This document shows positions 24,101 through 34,412 of a stretch of DNA of 64,000 nucleotides, piece by piece. The DNA comes from Lama guanicoe. Taxonomy: Eukaryota. The position numbers were made by a program, and so were the translations under genes. The notes under the pieces were generated by a model. The model was given only the letters and a program-made list of their open reading frames with translations, had not been told where the DNA came from and did no database searches. How positions within the stretch are numbered: the first letter of the stretch is position 1; each line of letters opens with the position of its first letter. Location: contig MU054032.1 in NCBI GenBank assembly GCA_013239625.1, positions 310,001-374,000 on the forward strand, given 5' to 3'.

Positions 24101-27100
24101 ATAAAATTGTGCATCGACCGCACCTCAATAAAAAAAAAATTCCTTTGGTACAGTGTGTAGGTGATAAACTCAGCTTTTGTTTACATGAAATGTCTTTATT
24201 TCACCTCCTTTAAGATTTTTTTCCTCACCTGGATAACACAGCTCTAGCTTGATAATTATTTTCTCTCAACACTTTAAAGATAATTTTCCAGTTTTCTGGT
24301 TTCCGTTGCTCTTATTGAGCAGTCTGTCCGCTGTTACATTGTAGATATTGTCTTCTCTGTGTTTTTTCCAGGAGCATTTCAGGTAGGGTTGTAATAGGCT
24401 GCTTCCACCTGTGGGCTCTCCTAGACTAGAGAGGTTGAAGTGCTGCCAGAAGACCAGGTGCTGAAGAGACCTTCCCATCCGGGTTAAGTAATTGATCAGT
24501 TTCCTCATTTGCTTTTCTCAGGGCCACTCAGAGCTGTTGACAGCTAGCTTAGGGTGGACTAGGTACTTTAACAACTGCCTCTCTGACCTTCCCTGTGTGC
24601 CTAACAAAGCCCAGCCCTAGAAGCCAGGTGATGGGAGTCTCTGTCAGGAACACTAATGAAGCTGCTTCCTCCAGACTGATACCTCCTTCCAGATTGCTCA
24701 AGGCCTTTTACAGCCTTTTTGTGTCAGACTGTCCTTTGAAGCCAAGAGGAAAAGAGAGGTTGAGTCACCGTAACTACTTTCTAATGCATAAGAGGGAGGA
24801 TGATTGCATAAGGTTTTGTGTTTTCTTTGCAGAATGCATCCTGTCTGGTTCTTGCTGCCCGGCATGCCAGTGCTTCTTCCACGGTAAGGTTTGAAAAAGA
24901 CAACTGAGAATCCTCGAGGCAGCCTGACCCTGGGATGGGGAGGGCGGGTGGGCTACCACCCAGCCTCTCATCATTGTTGTTATATCTGTTATTACTATTA
25001 CTGTTTGTTTGTTTATACTATTACTATTTTAAAATAGCCAAATCACTGTGAACGTGGTACGGGTTGTGGATTTTGGCTGGAAAAAGTAGCTCTGTAATGT
25101 ACTTCAGCAAAAGTAGCATTCTCTTTACTGACTGTTCAAAGCATTCTGACCCATACAAGGAAATGTTGGAGCTTATGGTGTTCATTAGAAATTAAACTAT
25201 TCTTAAGTTTATAGTTCAGTGGCAGTAAGTACATTCACATTATTGTGCAACCATCGCCACTGTTTTCATCTTACCAACTTGAAACTCTGTACCCATTAAA
25301 CAGCTCCCCATTCCCTTCTCCCTCTGCCTGATTCTTTTACGCTCATATGTAGGGTAGTTGACCATATTTCCCTGATAGACAGGAAATCTAAGAAGCAAAT
25401 CTTGACATACCTACTTTGTAGAAATCTAATTAATATTTTGATCATCACTTAGCCTCTACTTCTCTTTTTAGAATTTGAAAGACATATTGGCCGACCTGAT
25501 ACCTAAGGAACAAGCCAGAATTAAGACCTTCAGGCAACAACATGGCAAGACAGTGGTGGGCCAAATCACTGTGGACATGGTAAGGTTTGTGGGGTTTTGG
25601 CTGGGAAAAGTAGCTGTGTAACGTGCTTCAACAAAAGTACCATTCTCTTAAGGTAGGGTATATAGCTCAGTGGTAGAATGCATGCTTAGCATGCACGAGG
25701 TCCTGGGTTCAATCCCCAGTACCTCTATTAAAAAATAAATAAAAATAAATAAACCTAATTACCCCTACCTCCAAAAAAAAAAACCAAACAAAAAACTCCC
25801 CACTCCCCCCCCCAAAAGTACCATTCTGTCTTATACAAGGAAATGTTGAAGCTTCTGGTGTTTGTTAGAAGTTAGATTATTCTTTTCTACAGATTTAATA
25901 GTTGAGCCTAACCTAATTCATGTATGGGAGGGATGAATGAAGTTTCTGTTCCTTTTCCCAACCCCTCAGCTGTTGGGGCCAAGGCTCTCTGTCTTTGAGT
26001 TGATGCTCTACTGACCATCCAGTTAAACCGCAGCTCTAGCAGGCCTTATAGAACAGCTTTAGGACAGCTTCTTCTCCAGCCCTAAGAGTCTAAGCAGCTC
26101 AGATGATAATTTCACAACAGTGTTTAGCCATTCGCCTTTGTCTCCTTTCCCTGCAATTAAACCCTTTCTGTTTACTTTGGTTGGTGGGAATGAGGGGATA
26201 AGAGTAGACAGGAGAAAAATTAAAATAAGAAAAGGGAGCAGAGGCAGAAACTAATTAAAGATAGTGATTTCTCAACTTAAAAATTCATTTCCCATGTTAG
26301 CGGTCTTCCTCTCAAAGTTCCATTCTATAATAAATTAACTTCTCAGAAATCTTCCCCCAAATGAAGCCTTGCAAGTCAGAGAATAAATCTCCTCTTCCAG
26401 ATCCCGTGAAGCACTACCAGTCTCTAGCCTGAATTATTCTTTTTTTTCCCTTTTTTTTTTCTTCAGTAGGGGAGGTAATTTTAGGTTTATTTGTTTTTTT
26501 TTTTTTTTAAATAAAGGTACTGGGGATTGAACCCAGGGCCTGTGCATGCTAGGCATGCACTCCAGCACTGAGCTATACCCTACCCGCTAGCCTGAATTAT
26601 TTTAATGACTGGTTACATCTTCCTTTCTTTAGATGTATGGTGGCATGAGAGGCATGAAGGGATTGGTATATGAAACATCAGTTCTTGATCCTGAAGAGGT
26701 AAGAGACTCATTGACTTTACTGTTGTGCACACCATGGATTAGACCACTGGGGAGCAGGAGAACCAAATAAAGCTCCTACCTGTGTCTTCTGGAAGGTGAA
26801 AATAGGTACATATGGAATAACTAAAGCACGAATTTACTTTTTTACTATATCAACTAATAAAACTAAAAGTACAAAGCAGGAGTGAGTTACCTGAAGATTT
26901 TCACTTTAAAAGTTCTAACTTGTTGACAGGTCTGATAAAAGTGGAACAGGTCAATTATGTGACTTCAAGGCTAATAAACTTAAGAGTTGTAACCCTTACT
27001 CTTCTCCCTCCCTCAAGGGCATCCGTTTCCGAGGCTACAGTATCCCTGAATGCCAGAAATTGCTGCCCAAGGCTAAGGGTGGGGAAGAACCCCTACCAGA

Positions 27101-30100
27101 GGGTTTATTTTGGCTCCTGGTAACTGGACAAATCCCAAAAGAGGAACAGGTAAGCCGAAGGACATTAGCTGTCTCATTTCCCTCCTTCTTTGCCTTTCTC
27201 TAATCTCAGACACTTAATCCTGATCTGGTTATGGGTGGTAGTTGATAGAGATGTGCAGTGAGGGGAAAGAATCAGCAGAGTTACATGGATTGGATTGAAT
27301 TATCTTGGATTTTCTTTACTCAGAGGTCACTTGTCTTTTTATTTCTCTTCTTTTTCCTTGCCTAGTGTTGTGAGCAGTGTCTCCCTTTCCACAGGTATCT
27401 TGGCTTTCAAAGGAGTGGGCAAAGAGGGCAGCTCTGCCTTCCCATGTGGTCACCATGCTGGACAACTTTCCCACAAATCTACACCCCATGTCTCAGCTCA
27501 GTGCAGCCATTACAGCCCTCAACAGTGAGAGTAGCTTTGTCCGAGCATATTCAGAGGGTGTCAACCGAAGCAGGTACTGGGAGGTAAGGAAACTTTGGTG
27601 CAGTGATTGATGTGTGATGGAGAATCAGGACTTGAGTGTGAAGGAAGAGAAAGAAATGTAGAATCCTTAGGAAAATTACTACTCTGAGATATGCCAGAAA
27701 CTCATTTTACACGTTTTTTTTTGTAGGCTTGCTTTTTATTGGTTGTTGGGATTACAAAGAAAAGTGGAGCATGATTTCTATCACCAAGGCTATTGATTTA
27801 GTTAGGGTGATATACATATAAAAAAAGAAACTACAATTCAGTAATCTTGCTGTAATAGAGGTATGTACTCTGTGCTGTTGAAACATTGAAAAAGATGTGA
27901 CTCAACTGCAGGGTTCAGGGTTCCCGAGGAAGCTTTCACAGAATAGTCTTACCCTGGCCCCAAAGGATTCTTTCTTCTCCTCCCCTTCTCCAAATAAGGA
28001 GAACCTTGAGAAGTTGGGTGAATGGCAGCTGAGTAACTGGAGCCTAGGAGGGCTAGTGCCTATCAGCCACAGTTCTGCACTAACCCACTCAAGATACCTG
28101 TCAGGAGTGGAATGGTGGTTAGCATCCTAGAAGTAGGATCCAAAAAACAAAAGAGCCACATTTTCTGAAAATGAAATATGACCTTAATAGTTTGAACTCT
28201 GTGGTTAGAGTACAAGAAGATTGTTGTGCCTTGTCCTAGCACACAGGACACAATTCCTTCCACCCTGTTTCTAACACCCCACATACTCACAAACACTGGG
28301 TACAGTACAACGTATCTGGCTAGGTTTACAGGAGGACATCTCATCTTTTGTTTATTTGGAAACAGGTAGCATAGGAACAGAAAAGTTCCTTTTTACAGAG
28401 CAGATACACTAAGTGATTTTTGACCAGGAGAAGGCCCCCAGTGAGTCCATTATGAGGCAAGGCAGAAAACAGCATGGGCCACTGGTCTGAACAAATCCTC
28501 TTGGGGTTTTCACAAATCCTGCTTCATTTGGTTGGTCAATATTTATTCAATGCCAACTGTGTATTTAGAGAATTGTGTTTACTGTTGGGGGAAAGAGGGA
28601 GAGAAAGTTGTGTAATTGATGTTAGTCTGGTTGGTATTGAGGAGGAAAGTGTAGGAATGATGCAAACTAAACATATTCACAAGCACTTAAAGCATTTATA
28701 GTTACACATCAGCAGGTTCAGAAGGTCATATAACCTAAATATATTGCTTTCCATTTTCTTTTTTAAATGCTGTTTAAGTAACTGCTGTCTTTGTGGGTCA
28801 CCATAAAGTGTTTAATCAAGCCCAACAGGTTTCTACTTTATAGCTTAGAAATGGGCCGCTTAGCGGTGCCTGTTAATACTTACAGTGCTGTTGTCTTGTC
28901 TGTTGTAAAGTTCTGCATGCTTTGCAATAAATACTGTCAGATATTTCCCAGGTAGCCAAACATGCTGCGTTCCTTCACACTGTCCTTTACTGAATCACTA
29001 AAATGAATCTTGTTCTTTGCTTGCTATTGCCTCCATTTCAAAGGACAGCCATTGACTGGTTGTTCTGCCACCTCTTTGTGAAATGTTATTGGGTGACTTT
29101 TGAAGTAAATGTTGTATTTCAGGACTTGGCTGCCTGGAGAGTATTTATAAGCAGCACCAGTATATCTGTCAGCTTCAGGATGTGTATCTATTAAGTTCAC
29201 ACTGAACAGAAATTAGCACCAGTAACTGCTTTAGTTTAGTGGAGCTTAGTGCTCTTTTGCTGTCCTGTCTTGTGGTCTCTCTCTCAAGTCAAACATGCTC
29301 TTTCAGTTCAGTTCTCTCATCTTGGTTAGTTTAACCATGGGCTGCTTAAGTAGAATTATATGACAGCATTCAGCTGGTTATTTCTGTTGAAAAATTTATG
29401 TTAAGGAGTATGTGTGATCTAAGTCTTTACTAAAATCATCAGTTCATGCTGTTTTTTACATATACCTCAAGAGGATGATTTGCCTACAACATTTTCTTCC
29501 ATCATAGTTTACATGACTTTAAATAGTGTCATCTCTTGAGGTGAAACAGGTCTTTTTCTAATTGACTTAACTTCACTCATGACTAGGAGGTTACTCTGAT
29601 GCAACGAGCTGTTTAATTGTGAAGTAGCCTTAAGATATTGTTGAATTGAGTAAAATTTGCAAAGCGCCTGACAGATAAGGTTTTTCTAGTAAGGCCTATG
29701 AATAGTTTATGTAGGGTTTGAAGCTGTTTATAATAAAATCATCATCCCAGCACATAAGCTCTTGAAAACATACTAAGTATTATGTTTAAATGCTTTCTAT
29801 TCATTATGTGAACAACTCAGAACAACTGCATGAGATAGATGTTACTACTTATTCCCATTTGGGGAAACTGAGGATTAGAGAAATTAAGTAGCTTGCCCAA
29901 GGTCATGCAGCTAGTAACTGGTAGAGACCAGGTTCAGACTTGAGTTGGCTTCACTTTAGGGTCTCTTCACATTAATACTGGCTCTCTCCTTTTTCTTTGT
30001 CTTCTCAAAAATGATTAATAGCTAAATGCTCGGCCAGAATTTCTCTAGCAGTAGAGATAACTGGCTCACGATGATGATTATGGTCCGTTTTACCTTTACT

Positions 30101-31597
30101 CCAGGCAGTTGTGATAGTGGCATGTTTTAAGGTCTTTTTTTCCAAGGCTTTATAGATAAAGAATGAGTGAGTACAAGTAGCTAAATAGCACCTCAGTCTT
30201 AGCTTATTAAAGAAGAAATAAGGAGTTCTCTGTCGGTGTGTTTATTTCGTCTCTTGACTGCAGCTTTGCCACCACACAGAGCCGGGTAAGGATCCCACAC
30301 CGTCATACCTGGTCTGATATGTGTTCCTTTATAAACTTCATCTCAGTGGTAGAAGTTGAAACAGTCTCCTTTTTGTAGTTTTTTATGATGTGGTCATTCA
30401 TACTTTACAGATGATTTTTGAAAGTTAGTATATACTCCACAGATAACCAGTTTGCCTAGCCCCGGATCCTGTTCTTGTCATACTGCTCATGAATCCAGGT
30501 CCCTTAGAACTGCATATCCTTGATGCAGGCTTCTGGAAATAACCTACTTCCTTGGGGGATGTAAATCTGCAAAGAGGTATAGTTAATAGTATGATTATCT
30601 TGCAGGTAATCTCCTGCGAACTTGCAAGTGTTAGCTGAGTATTTCTTGCTTCAAGTCGCTTTTTAATTTTGGCAGTATTCTCACTGAATCTTGGTGGCAT
30701 TGACAGAATTCACTGAGTTCTTGAGTAATAGATGATTTCATAAGGATTAACTCATTTAGGCTAGGTACTATAGATTTTGCCCTTTGTTCCAACAGAACTA
30801 CTGAAACCTCATGACTTACTGCAGTAACATTTAGCCAGTAAGCTCGATAGGACAGCACCATGTGATATCATTCAGCAAGTATTTTCTCCATGCTTTCCAT
30901 ATGCCTGGAAAGTTATGCTTTCTATGTACTGTGAATGAAAGTAGAAATTGTTTGTTACTAAAAAAAAAAAAAAAAAAAAAAAAAAAACTACTAAAACTCT
31001 GTCCCCTCCCTAAAGGAACTTGAAATCCCTTTGAGAAGATGAAATTGAGACATAAAAGTTGAGCAAGCTATTAACATCACAAAAAGCAACCAGATATTTT
31101 ATGTTTCTCTTAATAAATGAACACAGCACTATTTATCAAATAGTCTTGCTTAAAAAATTGAACCTGAGTCTACTCAAGCCTCTAGCTCTGTCAGTTTGTT
31201 GGAAATACAGTGGACAGAGGAACATGTTAAATGACATCACAGGTACATAACCAGCAAAATTTAAACTGTGAGAACAGATAATCTGATCTTCCACAAATAA
31301 GCTGCAAAGTAAAAAAAGGACAGCATAAGAAAGAACTTAAATTGATTAAAAGAGACTTCAGAGACATTATCAGACAATTGCAATGTGGGCTATTTTTAGT
31401 CCTGAATGAAATGAATGGGGGAGGGCAGTTATAATAAATGAATTGAGATATGAGGATGGATTTGAATACTGAGTAGGTATTTAGTGGTATTGAAGATTTA
31501 TTCAGTTTTTTTTTCCAGTGGGATAATGGTTTTGTGCTTTGATTATGAAAGCCCTTTATCTTCTAGAGATACATGCTAAAGTATTTACATGTTGAGA

Positions 31598-31628
<31 letters not shown>

Positions 31629-34412
31629 ATCTATATCTCATGTCTGGGATTCACTCAAAATAATTTGGAAGGTGAGAGGGGAAAGTAAGGGTATAGATGA
31701 AACAAGTTGATAACTATTTAAGCCAGATGATGCTTATTAGCTGAGTGGGTGACCTTGTGCATGTTACTTAACCTGGCAAGCCTCAATTTCTTCATTTGTA
31801 AAATGAAGGATACGTAACCTTACAGGATTATTGTAAGAGAAGAAAAAAATGCAAATAATATGTGTAGCACAGTACCTGTTACATAGTAAGTGCTTAAAAA
31901 ATGGAAGCCTTTGTTAACAACTAACAACTGAATGCCACTGTTTGACCCTTGGCATATGTGATGAATTTTCCTTCAAAGATGAAAGAGACTCATTAAAACC
32001 TAGTGTCTTAGCATTCATTTAGTGCGAAGTTGTGTAGCAGAAAACATGATTAAACATACAAGGATTCAAAATCTGACTTTGGCATTTAACCAAATGCTCT
32101 CTGAGCCTCAGTTCCCTATTCTGTAAAATGGAGGTCATTATATACTTTGTAGAGTGGAAGAAACTGGGAATAATGTTTTAATATACATGAGATAGTGTGT
32201 GTCAATCCCTCAGTGCAGTGCCTGGGTCACAACAGTTATTCAATTAAATAGTCACTTTTGTTATACTCCCTGTGTAACCACCCAGCATATAATCATCCAC
32301 CCAAATAGCCCGACCCATGGATGACAGACACCACCCCTGCCTAATTCTTCTTTTTGATAATTTCTTTTTTTCTCCATTTTCCTCTTCTTCCCATCAGTTG
32401 ATTTATGAAGACTGTATGGATCTGATCGCAAAGCTACCTTGTGTTGCAGCAAAGATCTACCGGAATCTCTACCGGGAGGGCAGCAGTATTGGGGCCATTG
32501 ATTCTAAGCTGGACTGGTCCCACAATTTCACCAACATGTTAGGCTATACTGATGCTCAGTTCACGGAGCTCATGCGCTTGTACCTCACCATCCACAGGTG
32601 AGGGAGACCCAGCAACCGTAGCCACCAGGTGCCTGGATTGGTTGTGAATATTAAGAAAAGCTCCTTAACATTCTCATCTTCTGGGAACAGGTAGTGGGCA
32701 GCAAGGAGATGGAAACACAGCATAAGAGATGATACAAGGCAAAAAAGGGGTTCAGTTGGAAGGTTAGGAGGTCTAGGGAAATTACCATAACTGCCCTAAG
32801 ATCATACTTCTAGCCAGGAAGAGGTACTAGCTGCTCACATTGGATAGGTCCGTCAGCTTTCCAGGAGCTCCCTCTTCTGGCCATTGCTATTAAAGTTGGG
32901 GTGAGAGTCAGGGAGCTTGGCACAGCAGCATCATCAACCAGTCACCTCTCCAGCCCTGTGGATTAGTGAACAAAGGCTGGTAGTAAGATTGGGGCATCTC
33001 TTACAAGAGCTTATGTAGAAATGACTGGCTGTAGGCTGGGTGAGCCCATAACTAGGCTAGTGTGTGACCATAAGAGAACAGCAAGGTCTGTGTTCCCATA
33101 ATCTATGCCTTCTTTCTCCTTTCTCTCGGCCTTGATTCTCTTTTCTTACTTCCCCACAGCGACCATGAGGGTGGCAATGTAAGTGCCCATACCAGCCACT
33201 TGGTGGGCAGTGCCCTTTCGGACCCCTACCTGTCCTTTGCAGCTGCCATGAACGGGCTGGCAGGGCCCCTCCATGGACTGGCAAATCAGGTAAGGCTACT
33301 CTTTTTCTTTTCCTGCTCCATGTTTTTCTTACTCCCATGCTGTGTCTGATCCTGTCATTCTCTCCCGGCATACGCATTGACACTCTTTTATTCTCTAAAC
33401 CTTACTCACAGGAAGTACTTGTTTGGCTGACACAACTACAGAAGGAAGTTGGCAAGGATGTGTCAGATGAGAAGTTACGTGACTACATCTGGAACACACT
33501 CAACTCAGGACGGGTAAGCAGAGATGCTGAGCAGCTAGGAGAGAAGCCAAGACTCAGGTTCTGTAATTTGGAAGAATGAAGGAGAAAAGAATGAAATAAC
33601 TCCCTAAATTACAGAGGGAGATTTTTTTTTTCCCATTTGCCTACCCAGAAGAATTCAGAAGAGATAAGAATCTCTGAGACTACAACTGGCTTTTCCCCTC
33701 ATTCTTTACAGGTTGTCCCAGGCTATGGCCATGCAGTGCTAAGGAAGACTGATCCACGATATACCTGTCAACGAGAGTTTGCTCTGAAACACCTGCCTCA
33801 TGACCCCATGTTTAAGCTGGTTGCTCAGCTGTACAAGATTGTGCCCAATGTCCTCCTAGAGCAGGGCAAGGCCAAGAATCCTTGGCCCAATGTAGATGCT
33901 CACAGTGGGGTGCTGCTCCAGGTGAGTCCTCCCTTCCCGGCTTTCTCTCATTTATACCAAACCCTACTGTTCTCTACCGTGCACAGAGTTAACTCCCTAG
34001 TCAGAGCAAGGACTCTCACACCTCCTTCCTTCCTTTTTTGATAAAGTTGCCTTTGTTAAGGGGTGTGGGGGAGGGTACGGGCTGGAGGAAAGGGGTGCTC
34101 TCTCTTCAGAATCCAATTGCTATACTTTTCCCAATGTCATTTCTACTGAAGGCTAACTAGTTTAAGGTTTTTATCACCCTGGGCTTGTACATGCCACTAT
34201 CTGTAGGCCTTTAACAAAACCTGTTTCTCTTTACCTTACAGTACTATGGAATGACGGAGATGAATTACTACACAGTCCTGTTTGGGGTATCGCGGGCACT
34301 GGGTGTATTAGCACAACTCATCTGGAGCCGAGCCCTGGGCTTCCCTCTAGAGAGGCCCAAGTCCATGAGCACTGAAGGTCTGATAAAATTTGTGGACTCT
34401 AAGTCAGGGTGA
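14727..34412 (+). CDS. CS: Citrate synthase, mitochondrial precursor, 466 aa
   Basis: Exons 14727-14768, 24833-24883, 25472-25579, 26633-26698, 27018-27149, 27395-27583, 32398-32597, 33160-33289, 33412-33513, 33712-33921, 34242-34412 = 1401 nt; motifs [39 protein letters not shown]. Confidence 0.98.
14800..20100 (+). pseudogene. Candidate decayed mononegavirus/bornavirus L (RdRp) fossil in CS intron 1
   Basis: Motif-B-like LGGVEQLC 15406-15429, motif-C-like ILG/GDS 15510-15528 at the expected spacing, GVPV 15761-15772; weaker beyond about 17500; by eye only. Confidence 0.4.
18780..19100 (-). mobile_element. L1 3'-end fragment with nested tRNA-derived SINE (about 18879-18998)
   Basis: TATAGTTGATTTATAATATTAGTTTCAGGTGTACAGCATAGTGA...ATATTGGCTATATTCCCTGT is an L1 3' UTR in reverse; SINE flanked by TATACT(C/T)CATTT repeats. 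Confidence 0.8.
22377..22560 (-). mobile_element. 5'-truncated L1 3' end with target-site duplication
   Basis: Poly-T plus L1 3' UTR in reverse; TSD AGAGGAGATTCTTT at 22363-22376 and 22561-22574. Confidence 0.85.
22887..23226. mobile_element. MER2/Tigger-family non-autonomous DNA transposon
   Basis: Imperfect terminal inverted repeats CAGTCAGTCGTCTGTATC ... GATACCGAGGGATGATTG; internal GTCCTGGAACCAATCCCC. Confidence 0.75.
23600..24140 (+). mobile_element. L1 3' end (ORF2 tail, 3' UTR, poly-A)
   Basis: Encodes [25 protein letters not shown] (L1 ORF2 C-terminus); ends AATAAAAAAAAAA. Confidence 0.92.
25037..25204 (+). repeat. Diverged direct duplicate of the CS exon 3 end and intron 3 start (partner 25560-25884)
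   Basis: GCCAAATCACTGTG...TTTTGGCTGG.AAAAGTAGCT.TGTAA...ATACAAGGAAATGTTG present in both copies. Confidence 0.9.
25650..25812 (+). mobile_element. tRNA-derived SINE with TSD
   Basis: TATAGCTCAGTGGTAGAATG...GGTTCAATCCCC, A-rich tail; CAAAAGTACCATTCT repeated at 25632-25646 and 25813-25827. Confidence 0.9.
26439..26586 (-). mobile_element. tRNA-derived SINE with TSD
   Basis: Reverse copy of the same family; TSD CTAGCCTGAATTATT at 26424-26438 and 26587-26601. Confidence 0.9.
28520..28720 (-). mobile_element. Old L2 3'-end fragment
   Basis: TCATTTGGTTGGTCAATATTTATTCAATGCCAACTGTGT resembles the reverse L2 3' terminus; heavily diverged. Confidence 0.5.
29731..29987 (-). mobile_element. Near full-length MIR SINE
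   Basis: GGAAACTGAGG...AAGTAGCTTGCCCAAGGTCATGCAGCTAGTAA MIR core. Confidence 0.85.
30960..30987 (+). repeat. A28 homopolymer
   Basis: Uninterrupted A run. Confidence 0.95.
31598..31638 (+). repeat. (TATC)n microsatellite
   Basis: About 7 perfect TATC units followed by degenerate units. Confidence 0.9.
32030..32260 (+). mobile_element. MIR SINE
   Basis: CTCTCTGAGCCTCAGTTCCCTATTCTGTAAAATGGAG core. Confidence 0.75.

Larger units (their letters stand above)
21300..24832 (+). pseudogene. Second candidate bornavirus-like G-end/L-start fossil, split by L1, MER2 and MIR
   Basis: ILKSLRPY* 22772-22798 vs IIKSIFPYS; NRLLPPV near 24393 vs NAKWPPV; PSRLLKA near 24685 vs PSRLVNA; by eye only. Confidence 0.3.
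30868..31905. mobile_element. Old repeat cluster: L2-like (about 30868-31060), L1M-type 3' UTR (about 31100-31720), MIR (about 31720-31905)
   Basis: TCATTCAGCAAGTATTT; AAAAGAGACTTCAGAGACAT...TGCAATGTG; GTGACCTTGTGCATGTTACTTAACCT...CTCAATTTCTTCATTTGTAAAATG; boundaries approximate. Confidence 0.65.
28000..32020 (-). pseudogene. Candidate endogenous bornavirus-like element with N-P-M-G order in CS intron 6
   Basis: GKFITY 31971-31954, IKKR near 30667, PGVKVKRT 30105-30082 (N); M*TMME 29514-29497 (P); NIYF 29113-29102 (M); EGIVSC, TTIFL, FFGSY 28260-28133 (G); by eye vs recalled BoDV-1. Confidence 0.55.

Noticed and set aside
25655..25725. tRNA gene
   Set aside because: tRNA-like head is followed by a SINE body, A tail and TSD, and recurs four times in the window
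24884..27394. Apparent continuation of L-like motifs through CS introns 2-5 (EAA, RFN, AVG.K, DN.T, LL..LIK, WIE)
   Set aside because: Short matches of common residues at a level expected by chance in three frames, and it would require host exons to sit inside one continuous viral gene; worth revisiting only if the stronger candidates validate
30740..30815. VVLLEQ...PSL match to the N-terminal part of bornavirus N
   Set aside because: Conflicts with a better-spaced alignment in another frame (HGAV...GKIY); shows how easily chance matches arise
30960..30987. A28 run as poly(A) tail of the viral candidate
   Set aside because: Wrong side and strand for an mRNA tail, lies in an L2-like fragment, and is too pure to be ancient
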